Positions 31,075 to 40,109 of a stretch of DNA of 64,000 nucleotides are shown here, piece after piece. Under the pieces are notes generated by a model. The model made no database searches and was not told the origin of the DNA. It was given only the letters and a program-made list of their open reading frames with translations. The translations under genes were made by a program, and so were the position numbers. Positions within the stretch are counted from its first letter, which is position 1, and each line of letters opens with the position of its first letter. This stretch comes from Candidatus Zixiibacteriota bacterium (lineage in GTDB: Bacteria > Zixibacteria > MSB-5A5 > UBA10806 > 4484-95), in the NCBI GenBank assembly GCA_037441845.1, contig JBBIRK010000001.1, forward strand, positions 305,284 to 369,283. The letters run 5' to 3'.

Positions 31075-31162
31075 GTTATTCCCGCGTAAACGGGAATCCG
31101 GCCTTTGACCTTGTGCCCGTTTATCGCCCCCGATGCCTTATCATCCCCGCGAAAGCGGGAAT
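31075..31162. repeat. Two REP-like palindromes (31075-31099 and 31140-31162)
   Basis: GTTATTCCCGCGTAAACGGGAATCC and ATCATCCCCGCGAAAGCGGGAAT; same family as 38517-38540. Confidence 0.7.
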
Positions 31163-31210
31163 ACTAAAAAAACTTTTCGGGAACATCCTACTGATTTCCG
31201 CCGTTAATTA

Positions 31211-31228
31211 TTTTAGGTATGGCTAAAA
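31211..31228. promoter_or_regulatory. DtxR/MntR-type operator overlapping the repressor start codon
   Basis: Palindrome TTTTAG-GTATGG-CTAAAA; core TTAGGTATGGCTAA resembles TTAGGTTAGCCTAA. Confidence 0.65.
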
Positions 31229-31899
31229 ATTTATTTAGAAATACTGAAATTCGACGCGAGTCGATCGAAGACTACCTGCGCGCCGCTTTCGAAATCGAAA
31301 ACCAACACGGCCGCGTCTCCACCAACAGCTTAGCCCGTAAGCTGGGTGTAGCCCCAGCCTCGGTCACCGGCATGATCAAAAAATTGGCCGAAAACGATCT
31401 GGTCGAATACCAACGCTACCAGGGTATCGCCCTCACTCGAAACGGCAGACGACTGGCCATAAACATTATCCGCTACCACCGGCTGGCCGAACTGTATTTG
31501 GTGAAAATGCTCGGAATCTCGTGGGACAAAGTCCACCAGGAGGCGCATCGCTGGGAACACGTGATCTCCGAATCGGTGGCCGCCGAAATGGAACGCGCAT
31601 TGGGCAACCCTCGGGTGGATCCCCACGGGTCGCCGATTCCCGATAAATTCGGGAAAATGAGCCCGACCGAACGTATCCCCCTGTCCGCTCTCGGCGCCGG
31701 CGTAACCGCCACGATTTCCGAGGTCGAGGACCACGACCCGGCCCTGCTCAATCATCTGAAAAAAATCGGCCTGTTGCCCGGTGTCCAAATAAAGATCGTA
31801 TCGATCACACCGGTGGATAAACTAATCCGTATCCGGGTCAAAGGCAAAATGCAAACCATTGGGAAGGTAGTATCCGAAAATGTATATGTACGCAAATAA
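31219..31899 (+). CDS. mntR: DtxR/MntR/TroR family metal-dependent repressor with C-terminal FeoA domain
   Basis: EDYL, SVTGMIKKL, RYHRLAELYL, HQEAHRWEHVIS, DPHGSPIP, GLLPG. Confidence 0.92.
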   Translation: MAKNLFRNTEIRRESIEDYLRAAFEIENQHGRVSTNSLARKLGVAPASVTGMIKKLAENDLVEYQRYQGIALTRNGRRLAINIIRYHRLAELYLVKMLGISWDKVHQEAHRWEHVISESVAAEMERALGNPRVDPHGSPIPDKFGKMSPTERIPLSALGAGVTATISEVEDHDPALLNHLKKIGLLPGVQIKIVSITPVDKLIRIRVKGKMQTIGKVVSENVYVRK

Positions 31900-32878
31900 C
31901 CGCCGCGCGACTTTTCAAAGCAAGAACGATCGAAAAATAACACACCGGCTGTCGCCTATCGCTGCGGCGTTCGCGGCAATCCTACTGGCGATAATGATAA
32001 CCGGTTGCCAAAAGCGCGACCAATTAGTCGGACATCCGAACGGCCGCCTGAAAGTGGTGACTACCACCGGCATGATAGCCGATATCGCTGTCAATATCGG
32101 CGGCGACAGAGTCTATGTGAAAAGCCTTATGGGACCGGGGATCGATCCGCACCTTTACCGCGCCAGCCACGGCGATATCGCTCTGCTTTCGCAGGCCGAT
32201 ATCATTTTCTACAACGGTTTGCACCTCGAGGGACAAATGGGCGAGGTGTTCGAGCAGATGCGCAGTAAAATCCCCACGGTGGCCGTGGCCCAGGCTATCG
32301 ACACGTCGTTGCTGTTGTCATCGCTGAATTTCGCGGGCGTGCACGATCCGCATGTATGGTTTGACGTCAAGTTATGGATAAAGGCCTGCGAAAGTGTGCG
32401 CGACCATCTCTGCCGATTCGATTCGAGCGGCAGCGGCTATTATATCGAAAAAAGCGATAAATATATCGCCGACCTGCTCGCTCTCGACGCTTATATCCGG
32501 CAAACGGCGCAGACTTTGCCCGATTCGGCACGCGTCTTGATCACCGCCCACGATGCTTTTCAGTATTTCGGCCGGGCATACGGATTTCAGGTGATGGGTT
32601 TGCAAGGGATCAGCACAGCCGCCGAGGCGGGAACGGCCGATGTCATGCGCCTTGCCGATTTTATCGCTGGCAGGAAAATCAAAGCCATCTTCATCGAATC
32701 GTCGGTTCCGCGCCGCAATATCGAGGCGGTCCAGGCGGCGGTAAGGGCTCGCGGGTTCGATGTGCAAATCGGCGGCACGCTGTATTCCGACGCTCTGGGC
32801 AATCCTGACACTCCAGAGGGGACATACATAGGGATGTTCAAATATAATATCGATACGATCATGAAGGCGCTGAGATAA
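31880..32878 (+). CDS. troA: Mn/Zn/Fe ABC transporter substrate-binding lipoprotein (TroA-like)
   Basis: ITG-C lipobox; GPGIDPHLY; YNGLHLEG; DPHVWF; TAHDAF; LYSDALG. Confidence 0.92.
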   Translation: MYMYANNRRATFQSKNDRKITHRLSPIAAAFAAILLAIMITGCQKRDQLVGHPNGRLKVVTTTGMIADIAVNIGGDRVYVKSLMGPGIDPHLYRASHGDIALLSQADIIFYNGLHLEGQMGEVFEQMRSKIPTVAVAQAIDTSLLLSSLNFAGVHDPHVWFDVKLWIKACESVRDHLCRFDSSGSGYYIEKSDKYIADLLALDAYIRQTAQTLPDSARVLITAHDAFQYFGRAYGFQVMGLQGISTAAEAGTADVMRLADFIAGRKIKAIFIESSVPRRNIEAVQAAVRARGFDVQIGGTLYSDALGNPDTPEGTYIGMFKYNIDTIMKALR

Positions 32879-32888
32879 ACCGAAATAA

Positions 32889-33689
32889 ATGGAAGATAGA
32901 AAATCGAGAATGACCACTAAAAACGATCGACCGGCGATACAAGTGTTCGACCTGACTGTCAGCTACAAAGATAAGCCGGTATTATGGGATATCGATCTGG
33001 AAGTTCCCAAAGGTGTGCTGATGGCGGTCGTCGGTCCCAACGGCGCCGGCAAGACAACGCTCATAAAGGCGATAATTGATCTGGTGCCACGGGCCGCGGG
33101 AAGAGTCTTGATCGACGGCAAGACGCTGGCCGAAAATCGCCACCGGGTCAGTTATGTGCCGCAAAAAGGGACAGTTGACTGGGATTTTCCCACGAACGTG
33201 CTCGATGTCGTGGAAATGGGACGCTACGGGGCGCTCGGATGGTTCCGCCGGCCGCGCAAGGCGGACCGGGAGGCAGCCATGCGCGCTCTGGCTATGGTCG
33301 GGATGGACGATTTCGCCGGTCGGCATATCAGCCAGCTTTCGGGAGGTCAGCAGCAAAGAGTATTTCTGGCACGGGCTCTGGTCATGAACGCGGAAATCTA
33401 CATAATGGATGAGCCTTTCCAAGGTGTGGATGCCGTGACTGAAAGGGCGATTATCGAGCTTTTGCGCAAGTTGAGGTCGGATGGCAAAACGGTTTTGGCT
33501 GTTCATCATGACTTGCAGACAGCTCCCGAGTATTTCGACATGATTACTCTGCTGAATGTACGCAAAATAGCCAGCGGGCCGATTGAGACGGTTTTTACCG
33601 CGGAAAATCTGGCCAAGACCTATGGGGGAAACGTGGCGATCGTCGGTGGTTTCGCCGGCGCAATTTCCTCCATTCGAAGCAATACCTGA
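32889..33689 (+). CDS. troB: Metal ABC transporter ATPase (TroB-like)
   Basis: GPNGAGKT, YVPQ..VDWDFP, LSGGQQQRVFLARAL, MDEPF, VHHDL. Confidence 0.92.
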   Translation: MEDRKSRMTTKNDRPAIQVFDLTVSYKDKPVLWDIDLEVPKGVLMAVVGPNGAGKTTLIKAIIDLVPRAAGRVLIDGKTLAENRHRVSYVPQKGTVDWDFPTNVLDVVEMGRYGALGWFRRPRKADREAAMRALAMVGMDDFAGRHISQLSGGQQQRVFLARALVMNAEIYIMDEPFQGVDAVTERAIIELLRKLRSDGKTVLAVHHDLQTAPEYFDMITLLNVRKIASGPIETVFTAENLAKTYGGNVAIVGGFAGAISSIRSNT

Positions 33690-33748
33690 ATGGCGCTGGT
33701 CTCCCTGAAAATGTCGGCGATGATCAAGAACGACGGGCGAGGTGAAGA

Positions 33749-34378
33749 ATGATCGAGACAATCGTAATCGCAGCCAACGGAAACATGAAGGGAAGCGGCT
33801 TTCATGCAGACATTCTCAAACGGGCGGACCTGATCATTTGCGCCGACGGTGGCGCCAACGGCGTCGATGCCCTGGGTTTCGTTCCCGATATCGTCGTGGG
33901 CGATATGGATTCGATAAAAAAGGCGGTCTTGGGGAAACTTAAAAAAAACCGCAGAACCAAGATTATTGAGGATCCCGATCAGAACAAAACCGACACTGAA
34001 TTGGCGATCAGCCTGGCGGAATCATACAAGCCCAAAAAAATAATAATTCTGGGCGCGATCGGCGACAGGTTCGATCATACGCTTGCCAATATCCTTTGCC
34101 TTATGAAGATAAATCCCAAAATAGATGCCGCGATAATCAACCGCGGCAATGAAATACGATCAGCCGAAAAAAAGATCACGCTGACCGGGAAAATCGGCCA
34201 GGTGATTTCCGTTTTCGCCATGACCGAGGTAAAAGATTTGAAATACCAGGGGTTAAAATGGCCGGCACCGAAGGGCGACCTCGGCGGCGGCTGGTTCGGT
34301 GTGAGCAATAAATTGACGCGCACGAAAGGAAATATAAAGATCGGCGACGGCAAGATACTGGTTGTAAAATCTACTTGA
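33749..34378 (+). CDS. thiN: Thiamine pyrophosphokinase
   Basis: ICADGGAN, VGDMDSI, KTDTELAI, GAIGDRFDHTLAN, GLKWP, GVSN. Confidence 0.93.
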   Translation: MIETIVIAANGNMKGSGFHADILKRADLIICADGGANGVDALGFVPDIVVGDMDSIKKAVLGKLKKNRRTKIIEDPDQNKTDTELAISLAESYKPKKIIILGAIGDRFDHTLANILCLMKINPKIDAAIINRGNEIRSAEKKITLTGKIGQVISVFAMTEVKDLKYQGLKWPAPKGDLGGGWFGVSNKLTRTKGNIKIGDGKILVVKST

Positions 34379-34429
34379 TACGCCGAATCGAACGCGAAAA
34401 TCCCGGGTTACGATGACAGGCAGGAAAGC

Positions 34430-35545
34430 ATGACCCTTTTTTCCGATTACACGTTCCGCATAGTCGCCCTGGGTTCTTCGCTGCTCGGGTTGATCAGCGG
34501 CCTCTTGGGGTCGTTCGCGTTCCTGCGCCGACAAAGTCTTTTGGGCGATGCCATCTCGCATGCCGCTCTTCCGGGAATAGCTCTTGCCTATTTATTCACG
34601 CGCAACAAGAGCCCTTTGGTCTTGTTGATCGGCGCTGCAATCGCAGGCTGGCTGGCCTCTATCTCGGTGACCCACATAGCCCGTCACAGCCGGGTCAAAT
34701 ACGACGCCGCCCTCGGCTTGATTCTCTCGGTGTTTTTCGGAATCGGTCTGATGATTCTCACTTTTCTGCAGAAACAACCGGACTCCGGCCAAGCCGGCCT
34801 CGATCGATTTCTTTTCGGCCAGGCATCGGCGATGTCGGCGGCCGATGTGATGACTATCAGCGTTATAGGCGGGGTGTCGCTTATCGTGCTTTTCTTTTTC
34901 TGGAAAGAAATCAAGGTCTTCATATTCGACGAGGGGTTTTCAGGCGTAATCGGTTTTTCTCCAAAGAAAATCGACTCAATTCTTACTTTTCTGATCGTCA
35001 TAGCCGTCGCTATCGGCCTGCAAATCGCCGGTGTGGTTTTGATGAGCGCAATGCTGGTGGGGCCGGCGGCCGCGGCAAGACAATGGACAAACAGTTTGAA
35101 ATCGATGGTTTTGCTTGCCGGATTATTGGGAATGCTGTCGGGTTTCGTCGGAGCAACCGCCAGCAGCCTGATGCCGAGGCTTCCGACCGGACCGGCGATT
35201 GTCGTTTGCTTGAGCATCATGGTTGCTTTTTCACTACTTTTCGCCGCCGACCGGGGACTGGTCTGGAACATGTTCAGGAAATGGCGCAATCGTGAATCGC
35301 TTCGCCGGGAAACGATACTAATCGATCTTCTTGAAATGGCCGGAAGTCATGACTCTATCGAGCACAGCCACTCGATAGCCGCCCTCAAATTGATGTATCC
35401 GGATATCAGAGGATTGCGGGGGATATTGGCGAAACTCGAAAAAGAGGGTTATGTCCTTAAAAAGGGTTCGTCGGAATGGGCGCTTACTCCCAGCGGGTCC
35501 CGAAAAGCGGCGGCTTTCGCCGAAAGACTCGAGGCGAAATCATGA
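34430..35545 (+). CDS. troC: Metal ABC permease (TroC-like) with C-terminal wHTH-like extension
   Basis: LRRQSLLGDAISHAALPG, FLFGQA, GVVLMSAML..PAAAARQW; tail ending LEKEGYV...WALTPSG. Confidence 0.9.
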   Translation: MTLFSDYTFRIVALGSSLLGLISGLLGSFAFLRRQSLLGDAISHAALPGIALAYLFTRNKSPLVLLIGAAIAGWLASISVTHIARHSRVKYDAALGLILSVFFGIGLMILTFLQKQPDSGQAGLDRFLFGQASAMSAADVMTISVIGGVSLIVLFFFWKEIKVFIFDEGFSGVIGFSPKKIDSILTFLIVIAVAIGLQIAGVVLMSAMLVGPAAAARQWTNSLKSMVLLAGLLGMLSGFVGATASSLMPRLPTGPAIVVCLSIMVAFSLLFAADRGLVWNMFRKWRNRESLRRETILIDLLEMAGSHDSIEHSHSIAALKLMYPDIRGLRGILAKLEKEGYVLKKGSSEWALTPSGSRKAAAFAERLEAKS

Positions 35546-36657
35546 TGCAGGCGCAGTTGGAAGTTGTCCTGGTGGCGGTGGTGACCTCGATAGCTTGCGC
35601 GATAGCCGGCGTATTTTTGGTGCTGCGTCGGATGGCCCTGATGAGCGACGCCATAAGCCACGCCATCCTGCTCGGCATCGTAATCGGCTTTTTTATCGGC
35701 GGCGATCTCGGCTCGCCGCTGTTGATTGTAGGAGCAGCCTTGATCGGCGTGGTCACGGTCGGCTTAACAGAAACGATCAACCGGACCGGGCTGGTCAAAG
35801 AGGATGCCGCAATCGGGCTGGTTTTCCCGCTGCTATTCTCGATAGGGGTGATTTTGATTTCCCGCATCGGCAGCGATGTTCATCTTGACACCGATGCCGT
35901 GCTTCTGGGTGAAATCGCGTTTGCACCTTTCCGCAGGTTGCAATTAGCCGGACTCGATTTGGGGCCAAAATCGCTTGCGATCATGTCCGCGATTTTATTG
36001 CTGAATGCAGTTTTCATAATGGCTTTTTTTAAAGAACTCAAACTTTCCACGTTCGACCCATCGCTGGCGGCGACTTTGGGATTCGCACCATGGCTGATTC
36101 AATTCCCGCTCATGGGAATCGTTTCGATCACCGCGGTGGGCGCTTTCGATGCAGTCGGCTCGATTTTGGTAGTGGCGTTGATGATCGCCCCCGCGGCCGG
36201 CGCGTACTTGTTGACCGACCGGCTGAGCACGATGATATGGATCGCCGCTGCAATCGCCGCTTTGTCCGCAATCGGCGGATATTGGATGGCGGACCTGTTG
36301 GATGTTTCGATCGCCGGATCTATGGCGGCCGCATGCGGGGTCATATTCGCCTTAATTTACCTGTTCGCTCCAAATCGAGGTTTGTTTTCGGCAATCCGCA
36401 GAAGAGCCCGCCAAAGGCTCGAGTATGCGGTCAGGATGCTGCTTATACATCTGAAGAATCACGAGAATCAGCCGGAATCGGATTACGAACGCAGCTTGAT
36501 GCATCTGGAGAATCATTTTCGCTGGGAGCCCGGATTCGCGCGGAGAGTCGTGGGGCAGGCTGTCGATTTCGGATTTATCACGGCCGAAGCTGACGACCTA
36601 TCGCTCACACCAAGCGGCCGCAAGGCTGTCGAGGAACTAAACTTTCAGCTAAAATAG
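35542..36657 (+). CDS. troD: Metal ABC permease (TroD-like) with C-terminal wHTH-like extension
   Basis: LRRMALMSDAISHAILLG, HLDTDAVLLGEI, AFDAVGSILVVALMIAP; ATGA overlap with the troC stop; tail ending LSLTPSG. Confidence 0.9.
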   Translation: MMQAQLEVVLVAVVTSIACAIAGVFLVLRRMALMSDAISHAILLGIVIGFFIGGDLGSPLLIVGAALIGVVTVGLTETINRTGLVKEDAAIGLVFPLLFSIGVILISRIGSDVHLDTDAVLLGEIAFAPFRRLQLAGLDLGPKSLAIMSAILLLNAVFIMAFFKELKLSTFDPSLAATLGFAPWLIQFPLMGIVSITAVGAFDAVGSILVVALMIAPAAGAYLLTDRLSTMIWIAAAIAALSAIGGYWMADLLDVSIAGSMAAACGVIFALIYLFAPNRGLFSAIRRRARQRLEYAVRMLLIHLKNHENQPESDYERSLMHLENHFRWEPGFARRVVGQAVDFGFITAEADDLSLTPSGRKAVEELNFQLK

Positions 36658-36664
36658 AATGCCG

Positions 36665-36699
36665 TTGACCGGTCAATACGATCCCTTTATCTTGCCTCC
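36665..36699 (+). promoter_or_regulatory. Promoter of a probably leaderless rarA mRNA
   Basis: TTGACC-N17-TATCTT-N6-ATG; no SD. Confidence 0.6.
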
Positions 36700-38031
36700 A
36701 TGGAAATCAAGCCCAAAAGCGGTGATATATATATCCCCCTTGCCGACCGCATGCGTCCGCGCACGCTCGAGGAGTTCGTCGGCCAGGAACATCTTATCGC
36801 CCCCGGCAAACCACTTTTCGAATCAATAAAAAGCGATCGGGTGGGATCGCTTATTTTCTGGGGTCCGCCGGGTTCCGGTAAAACCACCCTGGCGCGCCTG
36901 ATCGCCGCGCATTCGAAAGCCGTTTTCGCCCCTTTTTCGGCGGTCACCGCAGGTATCAAGGAAATCAAGACTTTCATCGAACAGTCGCGCAAACGGCTTG
37001 AATTCGAGGGTCGCAAAACAATCCTGTTCATCGACGAAATCCATCGTTTCAACAAAGCCCAACAGGATGCTTTTCTGCCTCATGTCGAAAACGGGACGAT
37101 TATCCTGATCGGCGCCACCACGGAAAATCCATCGTTCGAGGTGATTTCGGCGCTGTTGTCGCGCTGCCGGGTTTACACTCTCCGACCGCTCGAACCTGAC
37201 CATATAAAGACGATCGTCCGGCGGGCTCTCGAAGATGCCGAACGGGGACTGGGCAAGCAGGGTTTGATTCTGGACCCCGCGGCGCTCGATTATCTGGCGA
37301 TGATCGCCGCCGGCGATGCGCGGGTGGCGTTGAACACTATCGAGTTCGCATCAAGGACGCTGGAAAAAACAGCCATGGCAAAACGCGAGCTGACTACTGA
37401 GCTGATCAACGAAATAGTGCAGAAAAAGGCGCTCCGCTATGACAAAGCCGGCGAGGAACATTTCAATCTCATTTCCGCTTTGCACAAATCGCTTCGGGCA
37501 TCCGACGCCGACGCCGCGCTTTACTGGCTGTTCAGGATGCTGGAGGCGGGCGAGGATCCGCTATATATCGCCCGACGGATGGTGCGTTTCGCTTCCGAGG
37601 ATGTGGGCTTGGCCGACCCTCGGGCTTTGACCCTGGCTCTTGCCGCCAAAGACGCATATCATTTTTTGGGCAGCCCCGAGGGCGAGTTGGCGCTGGCTCA
37701 AGCGGCGATCTATCTGGCTCTCGCCCCCAAGTCAAATGCGGTTTACTTAGCGGAAAAGGCCGCCCGCCAGGCTATCGCGCGGAAACCGGCGGCCGAGGTT
37801 CCGTTGGTCATTCGCAACGCACCGACGGATTTAATGAAATCACTGGGTTACGGGGCAGGCTACAAATATGCTCACGATTTCGAAGACGCTTTTGCCTATA
37901 TCGAATGCCTGCCGGATGAATTGGCGGGAAGCCGCTTTTACCATCCGACCGACCGCGGACTCGAGGCCAAACTCAAAGAAAAGCTCGATTGGTGGCTGGA
38001 AAAGATGCGCAAAGCACGCGAGAATAAATAA
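36700..38031 (+). CDS. rarA: Replication-associated recombination protein A (MgsA)
   Basis: [58 protein letters not shown]. Confidence 0.96.
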   Translation: MEIKPKSGDIYIPLADRMRPRTLEEFVGQEHLIAPGKPLFESIKSDRVGSLIFWGPPGSGKTTLARLIAAHSKAVFAPFSAVTAGIKEIKTFIEQSRKRLEFEGRKTILFIDEIHRFNKAQQDAFLPHVENGTIILIGATTENPSFEVISALLSRCRVYTLRPLEPDHIKTIVRRALEDAERGLGKQGLILDPAALDYLAMIAAGDARVALNTIEFASRTLEKTAMAKRELTTELINEIVQKKALRYDKAGEEHFNLISALHKSLRASDADAALYWLFRMLEAGEDPLYIARRMVRFASEDVGLADPRALTLALAAKDAYHFLGSPEGELALAQAAIYLALAPKSNAVYLAEKAARQAIARKPAAEVPLVIRNAPTDLMKSLGYGAGYKYAHDFEDAFAYIECLPDELAGSRFYHPTDRGLEAKLKEKLDWWLEKMRKARENK

Positions 38032-38034
38032 ATT

Positions 38035-38499
38035 ATGAGGAGGCCTAAATTGAAAACGGTCGGCGGGCCCGGATTCCGATGGCGATTGATCGTCTCGCTA
38101 TCTCTTCTTTCTTCAGGGATTTTGTTGGCTTATGCGGCCTTGTTTCTACCTTGGTTCCGCGGCCGCCTGGCGATAGTCGGCAAGACCGTCAATGCGCTGG
38201 CATTTCCGGAACTGATGGCGATAGTGGTAGTGGGGGGTGCGCTTTCGCTCGGCTCTTTCGTGATTTTCATGATAAGAAAAAAGGAACAGCTTGCGCGTTT
38301 TGTAACTTTTGTGTTACTGCTGGCGACAATGATCGGCGCGCTGTTGGTGCTGCGTTCGTACGCAAATCGAGGATCGTTCCCCGGGGTTGGCGTGCAAACT
38401 AAAGCCGGAGTGGTCTTGACTTTTGCGGGTTTGCTGATGGCTCTTGCCGGCGCCCTGGCTGTCGATCACAAAACACCATCGGGAGATGACGGGGAATGA
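38035..38499 (+). CDS. Hypothetical 4-TM membrane protein
   Basis: Starts 3 nt after rarA; four hydrophobic segments; LFLPWF motif. Confidence 0.7.
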   Translation: MRRPKLKTVGGPGFRWRLIVSLSLLSSGILLAYAALFLPWFRGRLAIVGKTVNALAFPELMAIVVVGGALSLGSFVIFMIRKKEQLARFVTFVLLLATMIGALLVLRSYANRGSFPGVGVQTKAGVVLTFAGLLMALAGALAVDHKTPSGDDGE

Positions 38500-38516
38500 G
38501 ATTCAGTTGGTCGTTT

Positions 38517-38540
38517 GTCATTCCCGCGCAAGCGGGAATC
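38517..38540. repeat. REP-like palindrome between convergent genes
   Basis: GTCATTCCCGCGCAAGCGGGAATC. Confidence 0.7.
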
Positions 38541-38631
38541 TCCCTCGCTAAAGTCAAACCATCTTCACCCGCAAACTGACAATCGACTCTGCCCGCGCAG
38601 GCGCTTATCGATACGAACGAATGTGGGGAAC

Positions 38632-39426
38632 CTATTCCTTCCCCCAGTCTATAGGCCCGCTCTCGAACCTTTTTTTAAGGCTCAACAATACATAGTTCCA
38701 AGCCCGATCGAAATAAGCGTAAAGCTCATCCCATTCGGGGCCATCGCCCCAACCGTATTCGGAAAAAATCACCTTCGTCTTTCCCTCGGCGATCCTTTCG
38801 AAACGCAAGACGACTTGCGTGTGAATATCGCGTAATCCGCCGAACTCCGGCGGCGCGTTCCAATCGAAAGCGAACAGCTCGTATGGCGCGACCAACAACA
38901 CTCTGCATCCCTCGGAACCCTGCTTGCCGATCGGCTCCTCGGGATTGAATAATATCTCGTATGCGCCTCCCGGAAACGGCTCGACTTTTGCCGTATGAGA
39001 AAAAAACGTCTTCACGCCGTCAGTGGTCGTCCAGGCTTTCCAGACATCGGATAAGGAACCGTTGACAATGACCTCCTTGCGCAGGACCCTTCCGGCGGGG
39101 TTTTGCTCGTATCGCGAACGATCCGGCAAGTCGGCGAAAACGGAAAGGGTCATCGGTTGAATGCGGAAAGCATTCAAGCCGCTTTTGACGCTCGGATCGT
39201 TTTGCAGCAACGATTCCGCCTCCGCCCGTGAATGCGCCCTGATAATTATCAGCCCGAACAAAGGATCGAAACAGGGACCGGCGGCCAAAACCTTATTTTG
39301 CGAAGCCAATCCTTTCAGATACCGAAAATGCTGGCCCATGATCAGCTGTTCTTCGGGAGACATGCTTTTGTCGAAATCAGGACGCGACGGCAACAGCTGG
39401 GCGAAAAAATGACTATCCGGCGACAT
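38632..39426 (-). CDS. YciI domain fused to an SRPBCC/AHSA1 domain (start uncertain; frame is open to 39636)
   Basis: HFRYL...AAGP...GLIII...NDPSV (YciI); VWKAWTT...GGAYEI.F...FDWNAPP...AW (SRPBCC); AAGGAGG before the ATG at 39426. Confidence 0.82.
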   Translation of the reverse strand: MSPDSHFFAQLLPSRPDFDKSMSPEEQLIMGQHFRYLKGLASQNKVLAAGPCFDPLFGLIIIRAHSRAEAESLLQNDPSVKSGLNAFRIQPMTLSVFADLPDRSRYEQNPAGRVLRKEVIVNGSLSDVWKAWTTTDGVKTFFSHTAKVEPFPGGAYEILFNPEEPIGKQGSEGCRVLLVAPYELFAFDWNAPPEFGGLRDIHTQVVLRFERIAEGKTKVIFSEYGWGDGPEWDELYAYFDRAWNYVLLSLKKRFESGPIDWGKE

Positions 39427-39662
39427 GCCGACCTCCTTGCCGCCCGCCGTTTCGAATCCGAAACAGGCCGCAAAAAGCAAGCTTACCATAATAATTTTGA
39501 AAGTCGAATCGAAAAGGGTTGGAATTGAACGCCCCTTTACAATTGCTCCCTTTTCCAAGCCGATTGAATAAAACAAACGCGTCCTCGCTTGGGCGTCCGA
39601 TTCAGAATAAGATAAGGGGCATGCAAGGCCGCACATTCAATTCATGACGGCGCAAAAGCGAT

Positions 39663-39735
<73 letters not shown>

Positions 39736-39748
39736 GGCAATTTTCAAA

Positions 39749-39820
39749 TGAGGGTGGATGGGATCGAACCATCGGCCACCTGCTTAAAAGGCAGATGCTC
39801 TACCACTGAGCTACACCCCC
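39749..39820 (-). tRNA. tRNA-Lys (TTT), CCA not encoded
   Basis: GGGGGTGTAGCTCAGTGGTAGAGCATCTGCCT-TTT-AAGCAGGTGGCCGATGGTTCGATCCCATCCACCCTCA folds as a cloverleaf. Confidence 0.96.
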
Positions 39821-39836
39821 AAAAACCCAAAACTGT

Positions 39837-39864
39837 ATAATATTTCATTAGTTCGCCCTGTCAA
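39837..39864 (-). promoter_or_regulatory. Promoter of the tRNA-Lys pair
   Basis: Minus strand TTGACA-N16-TATTAT just upstream of tRNA-Lys(TTT). Confidence 0.65.
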
Positions 39865-40109
39865 GATATTTCTCCCGATGCCCGAATGCCTCTTTATCGG
39901 TAATACTTGGAATACTTGTCGGGCGACACATCAACCGGATCGATTACCTACAATGGTTGGAACGCGCTCGGACATCTTGCGGTTGTTGTAAATTTAATCG
40001 GCGTATCGCCGAACAATTCTGATAAAGGATTGTATAAGTATATTATGATTCTATTACGAATAATGTTTATACCGGCGCTCAAAGGACTTTTTTCCGAACC
40101 ATCGGTAAT

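Noticed and set aside
34376..34432. thiN TGA is in frame and open into troC
   Set aside because: troC has its own AGGA SD and ATG; no Cys motif or hairpin; consistent with chance.
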